A DNA stretch of 64,000 nucleotides, taken from Octopus vulgaris. Lineage: Eukaryota. Made by a program: the position numbers and the translations under genes. The notes under the pieces are model-generated. The model searched no databases and was not told the origin of the DNA. It worked only from the letters and a program-made list of their open reading frames with translations. The first letter of the stretch is position 1. Each line of letters starts with the position of its first letter. This document shows positions 40,665-53,088 of this stretch, piece by piece. The stretch lies in assembly GCA_951406725.2 (NCBI GenBank), contig OX597832.1:8432001-8496000 (forward strand), read 5' to 3'.

Positions 40665-41560
40665 TAATAGAAATATTAAAATTACTAAGTCTCTCTAAAA
40701 GAGAACAGCAGCAGCGTTCCCGGAAAATAATAGTTATCGCCATACTAATATGGCATTCTTATAAAAATAAGAATAAAGCTGTCCGCTTATTAGCTCCATG
40801 AGGCCATCGCCTTAAGTTAGCTATTTGATACACAAACTGTATCCATATAACCTTCGAACAAGGGAGGTCAGTCACTCCACACTACTTGACCGGCAGCTAC
40901 AGACGCGTTTCGGGGTATTGCCCCTTTTCAATGCAGCGTAGCCAGCCAGTAGGTGTCGCTTCCGACAATCTCTGTTCGATGGTTTTATTTACCTAGTTTC
41001 GGTGGAATACATCCACTTGTTTTCAATAATAGAAATATTAAAATTACTAAGTCTCTCTAAAAGAGAACAGCGGCAGCGTTCCCGGAAAATAATAGTTATC
41101 GCCATACTAATATGGCATTCTTATAAAAATAAGAATAAAGCTGTCCGCTTATTAGCTCCATGAGGCCATCGCCTTAAGTTAGCTATTTGATACACAAATT
41201 GTATCCATATAACCTTCGAGAGATTTAGAGAGACTTAGTAATTTTAATATTTCTATTATTGAAAACAAGTGGATGTATTCCACCGAAACTAGGTAAATAA
41301 AACCATCGAACAGAGATTGTCGGAAGCGACACCTACTGGCTGGCTACGCTGCATTGAAAAGGGGCAATACCCCGAAACGCGTCTGTAGCTGCCGGTCAAG
41401 TAGTGTGGAGTGACTGACCTCCTTGTTCGAAGGTTATATGGATACAGTTTGTGTATCAAATAGCTAACTTAAGGCGATGGCCTCATGGAGCTAATAAGCG
41501 GACAGCTTTATTCTTATTTTTATAAGAATGCCATATTAGTATGGCGATAACTATTATTTT
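40665..41560. mobile_element. Young non-coding HHR-like element: 362-bp unit + 193-bp partial tandem copy + 337-bp inverted copy, flanked by (TA)n
   Basis: 40665-41026 is repeated from 41027 to 41219 with few substitutions. 41224-41560 is the reverse complement of ~40724-41061. Confidence 0.9.
41343..41389 (+). ncRNA. Variant minimal type I hammerhead-like motif (mirror copy at 40896-40942, minus strand)
   Basis: tgca-TTGAAAA-gggg(caata)cccc-GAAA-cgcg-TC-tgta; palindromic stem III ACGCGT. The core deviates from CUGANGA at two positions. Confidence 0.6.
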
Positions 41561-41565
41561 ATGTA

Positions 41566-41631
<66 letters not shown>

Positions 41632-41653
41632 TATATATATGTAAATAGGTATG

Positions 41654-41696
<43 letters not shown>

Positions 41697-41700
<4 letters not shown>

Positions 41701-42137
41701 TATATACAAACTCTACTGTCTGTCTGTGTATCTTCTCGAATCTCGGGCATCCTCCATCCGATTGCGCTCAAATTTGATATGTAGATACCGACGGTATCAG
41801 GGCGTGTACAGGTCATGAAAGAATTACAAAAATCGATTCCATACGAGAATACGATCCATAAAGCCGTTTTTGTCACTGCTTTTCTTCCGTCAACCTGTAT
41901 ATAACTGCACCTTCCATTTTTTGTAGGTTTGTACTGCTTAAAGGCACGTTTCTTTCCTGCCTAGATTACTGTTTAAACAATGTTTGTATTCTCCCAATGA
42001 ACAGCCTTACCATTACTGGTACTTTAAAGTCTTCGGTTGCATATGTGTGTGAATAAAATCGTTTTTCTTTGCTGGGGTCTCAAATTTAAGTTAAACCAGT
42101 GTTTCTCAGTCCATTGGACGGGGGGCGTTTTGGTAGT
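41697..42137 (+). mobile_element. Non-autonomous Helitron-like element
   Basis: 5' atcttatatacaaa followed by ctgtctgtctgtgt and ccgattgcgctcaaattt; 3' hairpin gtccattggac followed by ...gGTAGt. Confidence 0.55.
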
Positions 42138-42140
42138 TTA

Positions 42141-42199
<59 letters not shown>

Positions 42200-42267
42200 A
42201 TATATATACATAAATGTATATATACCCGTTTATAAACCTGCTAAGTTACGGGTATATAAACCCACAC

Positions 42268-42298
<31 letters not shown>

Positions 42299-45200
42299 CG
42301 TATATACATACATACATACACACACATGTATATATATACATATTTATATATATGTCTGTTTATTTATATATTTGTATATATGTGTGTTTGTGTGTGTGTG
42401 TGTGTTTGTCTTTCTGTGTGTGCGTGCGTGTTTTTTTACAGAGACATGAACATGTACGTAAGGAGATGAAGGGAACGGATATACCATATACCTAAAACTT
42501 CCGATCATTATAATAGATTACCAGTGCACTTGAAAAAGGAGTGAAATTCTTTGTACAAAGAGAGATTTCATACACGAATGCAGACATTCAGCATGAGTAA
42601 AAACGTTCATTGGGAAATATGTATATAAAAACATTACTGTTTGATATATATATACATATACAGATTTCAAGAGAATAAGGTCCCTTCCGGTATTGTAAAT
42701 GCTACACGATCGATTGGTATACATAATATGGTTGCGATATATCTTTCCACTCATCCTTTATTTCCTCAAAAATAAAAAAATGAAATCAAACATTCTAAAA
42801 TGCAGTTCTGTTAAACAATACCGGAAGGGCAAATTACATACTGATTATGGTTTGTCCCTTATTGAATACATATTTTGTTTAACTAGAGCTGATCTAAAAG
42901 CTTTTGGTAAAACATGATCAAGAGCAAAAACGTTCCAGTGCCAAAGATGGTATTAGATCTTAGATCAATCACCCTAATGGAAATAAGATACACGTATGCT
43001 TTACATCACGTCCTATAATATTCCAGAACAGGAAGGATACATTTATGATATATTTGTAGGTAAGCTGTGTCTGAAAAAATGATTGTAGTGGGAGTCGCTT
43101 TTCTGATAGGACATTTTAAATTAAAGATCAGGTTTTAATCAGCTGGCATATCCTATAACAAGAACAAAGGAAAACTTTTAACACCATGACTCATACGTAC
43201 TTGTAAACAGGTATAATAAGATTCTTAAGGCTACACCGACATCTGGACCTACTTGTCAACAACGAAATACATTCGATATCCAGGATAGAATTAGGAGTTA
43301 TAAACATGATCGTAGGTAAACGAAGAAATATCATATTAATTTGTGAATGTCGGAATCAAGCAATTGTAATTTGAAATTCGTTTAAAACTTGAGCATGATA
43401 ATCTCTTTCATCTCGATTATAACGCATACAAATAGTTTGTATAAACTGTAAATAAATACTAACAAAACGATGTTATTCATATTTAGAAAATAACACTGAC
43501 CTGAACATTAAATAGTACAACGGTTAGTGAGACATATTTCACACAGACTTGTCTTCTCGACGTGCCACAGTTTCAATAAGTTTTAAAGCAAATCAGACAA
43601 CAATCTATTCTGTTAAATTACAGAAACATCAAACGTTTCAGTTCGTTGAAAGTATATAGTCATTAGACTGAATATTTTGAAATATTTTGTAAGCTATTCT
43701 TCTCAATGTTGACGATGGAGAGGAATCGCATCGCTGATACTAACTTTAGTTTAACGTTTAAACCATCGTTAGATTTACAGTTTTCGAGAGAAAAAGAGGT
43801 AACAGTAATTTCTTTCATGACCTTATCTTGGCCCGAGCCACTGTGTGAACAGAGATTCTAATTCGTTCGGGGTGATGAAAATAATTTACGAACTTTGACA
43901 GATGTGAATAGGGATGAGCCCTCATTTAGAAGGCGACAATAAGTCCCTGTTGTAAATCTAAATAAAAATAATTTTCGAAGTGCCAAAGGACCGCCTGATG
44001 ATATATAAATCACCTTCCAACAGTCGACGCCAAATAAGCATAGCTAACCCTATTCACACCCGTTAGGGTGCTATTATATTTTATCCCTATAAGCTGCACC
44101 ACCACACACCACAAACTGCACGTAATTATATGGAATATGATGTTAATATCTTATAAATCTGTGGTAAATATTTAAATGCTAATCCAAGTATTTTTCTTTC
44201 AAACTATTAAGAATCTGCTCGTATATTTTTCCTTCCCATTTTGTAAACTAGTTTGCGGTTCACTAATAATTGTTAGTTCATTAGTTTAACTCTAAGGTTG
44301 TTTTTGCATTGCTTTCATCCCCTCAGCTGATATCTGGTTACAATATTCCTATAGCATCTTCATAATATATTCACATCCTTACTTTATCAGTTCGGTTTCA
44401 TTTCATATATATTTCTTTGTCATAACAGTGTAACTTTTGAAGTTATTCTTGGACCATATTGATATCAATATGAATAGGTTTTGTTATAGAATCATTATAT
44501 TACTGTCAGCTAGGATTCATTCCAAGTCCATTTGATTTGGTTGGTCGGTTGCCATATTTAACTTGATAAATTGACATTTTTTAGGTCTTTGCTCATTTAT
44601 AACCTACAGCAAATACGCACTTGGATATTTGCTTAACACGTCTTTATATTTTTAGCATTAAGAATCCATATATATTTTACTGCGCTAATTATTATTTTTC
44701 ACTCTCCTATTGGCAAATCTACATTCCATTATTACTGTCATGCTGTCATCTCGTTTGTTTCAGATCTCCACTTACAACGCATTCATCTCAACCAATTAAA
44801 CATCATTGTTTAGTTTGGAATTCTTAAGTTTTTCCTTTTACTTAGAATTGCGTTGACATTGATATGTTTTTTCAAAGGCTTCTCTTAATTCTTGAACATT
44901 TACAACTGTAAGTAATAATTTCCATATATCAGTGCTATGCGATAAATTCCGCTTGTGTTATTAAGATTGAAATCCTTTAAGATCATGTTTTAGACTTACG
45001 TTTTGCGTGGGCTATATTCGAGAATGCCGCTTATATTTGCACATGTAAGATCTAACTTTCAACTAGAATTACACGCAATAGTTATCTATCGAGTATGAGA
45101 ATGAAACACAATTTAGTAATCATAATCGTCCTGTTGAATTGTAGTTTACTGTGTTGGGAATTTTGTGTTAATAGAATTCATTCATGTGGACAGATGTTAG

Positions 45201-47106
45201 AGCAGAATTTTGAGTGATTAAGATTGAGGGGCTTCGGTGACAATCCTATTATTTTATATATTCTGCTACAACTTAGTGTGCAACATATGAATGACTTCAC
45301 GATACGTCTATGAAAACTATGGTTCCTATAAGATGTTCACTTTAACTTCTCCCCTCATATTTCTATCATATTTAAAAGCACTAAATAATATATCTACATC
45401 TTCAGATTGATGAAGGTTTCTTTCTTGTGTATATTTATAGACAATTTACGGAGAAAAAAGTGAAAACGGAAACGAAATTCATTTCATATGTTGAGTATTG
45501 ATCCTATATGCATGATGTCTGAATTTCATCGCAACATAATCCACGCTTTGAAGAAATAGTATGTGAAGGTTGTCCCCACTCTTGGAGCGTTTAGACGGTG
45601 TGTCGCGGTGATGGAGTATCCGCTATTTTACATGTTTTATTTTAAATCTTGCTTGGAAATCGACACAACTTCTCAAACTGTATGCTAGTTTAGAGGAGAT
45701 GAGGGATCTGGTGAACAGAGTCCCTAAACACGAGACATATATTGCATTACATAATGTTAGTAGCTATAGAACCATGATCTATAAACGTATGTTTATGCGT
45801 GCGTAGATGTGTACATGTGTGCATCTATGTACATACGTGTATGTGTGCGTGTGTGTCTTTGTATCTACGTCCATTACCCTACAGACTTCATACTGTGATA
45901 AAATGAAAGTTGATGCAATCAGGGAGGTTCTCTTTCTTGGAAATAGTGACGCTATACCATGTTTGTAAGAAAGTATCTTTGTAAACAACCACCTAAATGA
46001 TGATGAGCACTTATCTACAAACCGCACAAGAGCCCCAATTGCTGCATCTGAAGTTTTAGTGGATTCCTATCGGAAATAGCATACACTTAGACAACACCGC
46101 ATCACAACAACAGACCTCTCTCTCAAAGCCTTTCAGCCAATAACAGTTGCTAATCTACAAAGCACACGTGTGATCTACCTGAAACCTGCGCTCCTATCTG
46201 GTGCACCTGGACGATTATAAGACGTGATGTAAAACATACGTGTATCTTATTTCCATTAGGGCGATTTATCTAATACCATCTTTGGCACTAAAACGTTTTT
46301 CCTCTTGATCATGTTTTACCAAAAGCTTTTAGATCAGATCTAGTTCTACAACAAATGTATCATTTTCCACCTGCGAACGAGTATGGTTTAATAATACGTA
46401 CCATACTTGTTTTCAGTTTAATTGTTTTTTAAGAAACTAGAAGACATAGATACCATCTTGACTCCTCTAGTCCTTAATTCAGCAACACGTTCATGATATT
46501 ACAGCTGGGAAGTAGAGCCGCATCGGCACTGATCAGCTATATATTTTTTGCTCGAATAGAAGGTAGCAACGTAAATTTAAGTACCTTGCATAATGACATA
46601 ACACTGAGCGCAGTCCAGGAACTGATCCATTGATGTGATCATCAGCTGAACTCCTTAAACTCTAAGTCATGCATTTTCAACATACTAATATTGCACAAAC
46701 ATCGTAAACTACAACCACACGGCGTTTAACCTAAATTACTCACAGATATACTCCGAGAGACATGTCTAATCTCTGCTATTTTTCAGTTAAAGAAATTGCC
46801 CCTTCCACTTCGAGCGTGCTGGGTCTATTCATTGCAGACCCATTCACATATCCTTTATTTCAACTCTATTTGTGTCTCAAAACTGCTAATCTTGCACTAG
46901 CCTCTACGTTCAGCCATTCCTTCTCACATAGTAGGTTATCTCACATCTTTTTTTCAAAGCTGTCCACATACAAAGGTTCAAATAGAATATTTGAAAGTAG
47001 ACAACTCTAGGACAACCAAGAACAAGAAACGAAATAATGGATTAAGTTAAAGGAATGAATAAAAAATGAGGTCTTGCGGCATGCCTCTTAATACAGACCC
47101 ACTAAA

Positions 47107-47218
47107 TATACATACATACATACATACATGCATGCATACATACATACATACATACATACATACATACATACATACATACATACATACATACATACATACA
47201 TACATACATACATACATA
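47107..47218. repeat. (TACA)n microsatellite
   Basis: Directly visible. Confidence 0.95.
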
Positions 47219-47219
47219 A

Positions 47220-48870
47220 GTATCATGAACTCCTAGAAATATCAACGTAACTCATAATTTCATTGTAGACGTGTTGAATATTTATGTTAAAAATGTTAAC
47301 AATGCCAAGAAACAACTGGAATTAATAAAATTTTCAGCTGAAATAGGCATGGAATTTGGCCAAAAGAAATGTTCATTTCTGGTTATAGAACAAAGAAAGT
47401 CAGTCCCCCAAACGCCAACCCTGAGCATCAACGGTCTCTCTATTTCACCCATTCCACACAAAGAATGCTACTAATACCTAGGCATAGGCAAGGATGTATC
47501 ATAGGGAGGCACTGTGAATAAAGACAGAGTGACCCGAGAACATTATACAAGACTTAGAAAAATATGGAAGTCGGGAGACCCCTCTTACAACAGAACAATA
47601 TCCCACAATGCGTTTGCAGTACCAGTGCTGATCCCAACATTTGTGATGCTTGATTGGTCTGTACAGGAAATTCATTCCATACATATCAAAACACGCAAAA
47701 TCCTGACAACTGGGAACTTCCACAGAAACAGTGATGTTGAAAGGGTCTGCCTAAGAAGAAATGAAGTTGGTAGAGGCCTGAGATCTGTGCAGACAACCTT
47801 CGAATGACGTATGGTAACACCTGCTAAACAATAGCAGTAAAAATAAATAAAAACATGCAGTGCTGAAAAGTGAAGTGAGCAACATTGTAGGAGTTTGCAG
47901 TGAGCTCCTCAAGAGGCATTCTCTTCTTGATGATTTCCTATACAGCCCCAAAACAGCTGGGCTCTCTTACGTCAGAGAAGACCTCAATGGAAAGCCCCTT
48001 AGCATAGAAAAAAAGATTATGCATGGGCATGTTGCTCGGAAGCTTGGAGATGACAGTAGAATTGACACGAAATGCAGCCTATCTTGGACACTAGATCACT
48101 ACATTACATCACACTTTGAAGGGCTATGTTTTTGCAATCCAGGTATAAGAGATTGCCACAAAATACCTGGTGAACAAGAGAGATAGTGACGCTCTTGCAA
48201 TCGCATGTGCAGACTATTTCATGTTTCTGTGTAAGATATCACACATATGAATAACAGCTGCCCTAAAATGTCCTTACTTTACTACCTCCCTAAACGATAA
48301 GCTTTACAATGCCATCCACACAAAGACGACTGTCCTGAAATAAACTTAGAAAATCCCTGTTATGGAATACATTCATAAATACCAACTCAAGGAATACTGG
48401 TGAAATATTGCCTTCAAAATAGCTATCAAATGTAAACATAACAGGCTAGATATTGTTAGGAACAGAGGGGCAAACGTATGTGCCATCATAGAGGTCAGCT
48501 GTCCTGCAGATAGAAAATTAGAGAAAAAGAGAACATCTATGGACAACTGCTTCTATATCCTCCTACTTCTATATCCAGACTATGAATTTATATTCATACC
48601 AATAATAATTGGAGCTCTAGGTTTTATTAGTAAATGCTTAAACGAGAATCTGGATAAACTGGGACTTCGAGAAAGAGAAATTGACTGGCTAATTCATACA
48701 CTACATGTCCATTCTCAGAGTGGAACAGTAAAAATATGTAAAACGTTTCTCAAAAGTTCCAAATGTGAATTTGTGTGTGTTAACTGCATCACAAAGATGG
48801 AACCTTGTATCTTTGTTTGAAACCGGCTCCCTCCCCAGTGGAAGATTTATAATAATTAAAGAATAGGAGA
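47220..48870 (+). pseudogene. Decayed, 5'-truncated R4/Dong-like non-LTR retrotransposon (RT, CCHC, restriction-like endonuclease)
   Basis: FIVDVLNIYVKN (DD decayed), FSAEIGMEFGQKKC, Y*YLG, RLRKIWKS, NAFAVPVLIPTF, FHRNSDVERVCLRRNEVGRGL, MHGHV, CRLFHVSV*DITH..SCPKM, KHNRLDIV..CAIIEVSCPAD and IPIIIGALG..KICKTFL. Confidence 0.9.
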
Positions 48871-48983
48871 GACATGCACATTAATACGTGTGTGCATGTA
48901 TGTTTTTTATATATATGTAAATACATGTGTGTATGAATGTATGAATGTTTGCACATATGCATAAAGATGTACAATCACATATG

Positions 48984-49063
<80 letters not shown>

Positions 49064-49267
49064 CGGTGCCCCAGCATGGCCTCAGCCGGATGGCTGAAAC
49101 AAGTAAAAGAGTAAAAGAGATATATACATACATACATACACACACATACATACATACATACGAAAAATGTATAATTGAATCTTGAATTCATAAATATATT
49201 TTGAAATTATGTGTAACGTTATACAATATATAACTACATTCAGCTTCAAAATATGCATAAAGAACCC

Positions 49268-49373
<106 letters not shown>

Positions 49374-51039
49374 TGTCATATTACATATCTTTATTCATGG
49401 AAGCCACATCTGAAATATCAAACGTGCTTTAGATATTGAAAACTCATGGTAAATTAAAATATCCCTCCACATCTACACATTATTTGGTAATGTGGTCTTA
49501 TTGCAGGAACTAAAGCTAAATGCTATATTACATCTAACACAAGTGTAAACGTAAATAATGCAGAAACATTCTATATTCTATATTCTATATACACGAATTG
49601 CCCTATACCCAAAACATATTACTGTAAACATCTCGATAATGTATCATTGGATTTAGAATGGCTGAATGATTTTACTATTCAAATAGTAAAAGATTCATAA
49701 AAGAGAAAAAAAAAAAGAAAATCACATTGACATTAAATCTAGCAAGAAAGAAACATATCTTGAAATATTTGAAGCGTAAGAGCGTGTAAAACTAACTTAA
49801 AATTGAAAATAAAATATCGTTGTATCAAGATTTACGATTTGCAAAACACCCGGTGAATAAATACATTCTGATATTTTTTTATCAAATTATACCGTACATC
49901 ATAATATTGACTTTCAGGATACAAACATTTGGATTATTACTTCAAACATCAGCTGTGGAGATATTGGGATAGAATGAAAAACACAAATATGGTTGATATA
50001 TTTTTTTTATATATTTTATTGATCTGGAGCTTCTCCAGCGATATATTGTAGATGATATTTTAAACGAATCAACTTCAAACGTTTTAACATTTTCCAAGTC
50101 TTTGCGTAAGCTTCCATCAAAAGGTACGATATTTTACTTGTTTTCCATTCATTTAAACTATTCTATGAGTGCTGCCTTGTTCATAATAACATTGCTATTC
50201 TCTCTTCATGTGTGTTCTGTAGGGACATTTCAATGTGAATAAGGTCAGAGTTAGAGTTAGGTCTAGGGTTAAGGTTCAATTGGATGTTTGGATGTTAGTT
50301 GCTAAAGCAAACCAAAAGGCAATGCTGAAAATGCAATAGCTCTGAAGTTCTGAGATGAAAGGGCTGAAATATATTACAGGCAAGGAAATACGGGATTTAC
50401 AAAAGCAGAAAGTGTTCCATTAGCAGTTCATGAGTGTGTATAAGTTTACATGAAGCCAGTAGAAGGGGAATCTGGCGTTTCAGGGATGACCCATAGAATG
50501 AGGGAAAGAGAATATTGTTGCCAACAATTTAATCTAATATATTGTTTATTAATATATCTTCTGTCAGATGAATTGTCAATAGGAAACTGTGAGGTTCCAC
50601 ATCTCTTCATTGTATACAAACTCATCTAAGTTCAAGAACAACGCTTTACAAGAAATATCCAAAAACAGAAGTATTAGTATTCGTCGAACATTTACAAAGA
50701 ATTTCAGAAACTAGGGCTGCCATTACTAGGAGGCCAAGCATTATACAGGGGTGAAGTGATGGTCTCTGTTACCATAGAGCATGACATTTTCAAGAAGGTG
50801 TCACTCAAGTCGACGTGGATAGGTACACGAAACATAATCCGTAACAGGGCATTATCTAAAGTGCTCACTGCACATTCTGATTAAAACCTCCATGTGTTAA
50901 AACGTACCTCTTTGCAACAATGAAAACTTTCATTTAATCAAGATGTATTTGGCCTGAAGAATAGCCTACGATATACACCTCGCTTGGATATTTACCATTT
51001 CCTAGGTCCCGCTCGCTATGAAACATATGCAACGCTGTT

Positions 51040-51364
51040 CTCGTCTACTCCATTCCTTAACTCTTGTGTGTGTGTTGGTGTATCTATATATACACATACA
51101 TATCTTCCTTATGGGATCACCACTACTTTATTATCTCCCCTTCTTCCTAACTCGTGTGTGACCCATCTGGCCGGCATTCGCCATGATATATCGCTAGCCA
51201 CTACACATTTTTATTTTTTCTCCGTGTTTCTTTCTGTGTTCCTTTCTGTGGAAGAGCGTAGGCTCGAAACGTTAAAAACTTTTTCACTTCCCGAGTGTTA
51301 ATCTAATACATATGGTTGTCAACACCACCTATCTTCGTTTTCTGGTTTTGTTTTATGAATTCCT

Positions 51365-51367
<3 letters not shown>
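51040..51367 (+). mobile_element. PLE-tail-like element with hammerhead-like motif, ending in (TA)n
   Basis: ttt-CTGTGGA-a-gagc(gtag)gctc-GAAACGTT-aaa at 51243-51276; downstream sequence resembles 4141-4243. Confidence 0.6.
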
Positions 51368-51434
<67 letters not shown>

Positions 51435-51444
51435 CGTACATACA

Positions 51445-51476
<32 letters not shown>

Positions 51477-51486
51477 CGTACATACA

Positions 51487-51522
<36 letters not shown>

Positions 51523-51532
51523 CGTACATACA

Positions 51533-51572
<40 letters not shown>

Positions 51573-51582
51573 CGTACATACA

Positions 51583-51628
<46 letters not shown>

Positions 51629-51929
51629 TGGACAGCAACATACAAATGGACTGGACGATGCCATTTCAAGTTCATCAGTCATCGACTACCCTATATTATA
51701 CTACCATTTAGGAATTGTGAACGCTCATTGAATGGTGGTGTTCGGCTCACGATTGTAATGTCGTGAGTTCAAAAACAGCAGGGCGTCTGTGCAAGATAAT
51801 TTATTTCACGTTGTTCCGCCTCACTCAGCTAGCAAAAGTGAGTTGTACACGTAGTTCAATGGACAACCTAGTGAAATTCTGTGTCACGCTGCATCTCTGT
51901 GAGAACTATGTGAAGAGTACCCGTATCTT

Positions 51930-52125
51930 ATTTCTTTATTACCCAGAAGGGGCTACACAAAATGAGGACAAACAAGGACAGTCAAACGGATTAAGTCGAT
52001 TACATTGACCCTTGTGCGTAAATGGTACTTATTTAATCGACCTCAAAAAGATGAAAAGCAAAGCCGCCCTCGGCTAGGCCGGCGTGCTAACGTTTCTGCC
52101 TGCTCGCCGCCTTCTCTGCCAGCTC
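51930..52125 (-). mobile_element. SINE copy (family of the 57510 array)
   Basis: ggacaaacaaggacagtcaaacggattaagtcgattacattgaccc...cgtgctaacgtttctgcctgctcgccgcctt is the reverse complement of the array unit. Confidence 0.8.
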
Positions 52126-52616
52126 GCAACTTTCATACCGTATCTGTGTAGTGCTCAGCAACTTGCAAGTCGAATTTCTGTAGCAGGCTGTTCCTTTGAT
52201 CGGATCAAGTGGGAACCTTTCGGAATTGTATTTGAAGTCACTAAATGATACCACTCGTATTCATAATTTTGGCTAATATTTGTACGGTACCAATTAGTGA
52301 TGTTGATGCAGCCTATATTTTTCATACTAAGTTTTGCTAAGAAATATATCCATAGGATTTGTAGTAAGCGATTACTTCTACGTCACATCTCTAGTAAATC
52401 TAGTAAATCAAAGTAATTAAATTAACGGCTCAAACACTAGACGGTTACTCCAGAATATAGCTTAATATGTACATATTCGCACTATATATAAACTCATGGA
52501 AAATCGCACATAGTCACACTTACACTTACACAAGTAAAATCATACTCACACGTATATATATATATATAGGATTATGTTACGTCATTGTGCGCGTGTGTGT
52601 GCGCGTATGTCTTTTT

Positions 52617-52668
<52 letters not shown>

Positions 52669-52851
52669 TAAATAAATGGTACAACGAAGTACCGATATTT
52701 ACTGGAAAATAGCGATCGTAATAAATACGACGCTATTGTATAGTTTCATTGCGTATATACTATCAAAGATGTGTGCGTGCAACAAACATGAAAAAAATTT
52801 GTCTTACCTCTGGGAAGAACATCTGAACAATGAAAAACCTAGAAACGGATA

Positions 52852-52922
52852 ATGCAGGACCGGTTTCAGACTCTTCAAATACGTTTGACAACGTAGATTT
52901 GATTTGTCCTCATCAGCTGCAT
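52852..52922 (-). ncRNA. Type I hammerhead ribozyme with canonical core
   Basis: Minus strand: atgcag-CTGATGA-ggac...gtct-GAAA-ccgg-TC-ctgcat. 6-bp stem I, 4-bp stem II, palindromic stem III ACCGGT, GUC triplet. Confidence 0.88.
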
Positions 52923-53088
52923 ATACCTAGACAAAATTTCAAATGTTGCCACATCTATATATAGGGTTAGTATTAAAATACCATCCCGAGTGATAAGCGA
53001 ATCATCAGTCGTATAGGCAAAGTAATAAAATATATACATACACTATTAGATATGCACATACATATATATAAAGGTACTATATGAGTAT

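Noticed and set aside
45395-45535. TTGATGA...GAAAC-gaaattca/tgaatttc hammerhead-like arrangement
   Set aside because: No stem I pairing and a poor stem II; too decayed to support.
50240-50278. Telomere-like ttagag/ttagg/ctaggg repeats
   Set aside because: Few and degenerate; not an interstitial telomere array.
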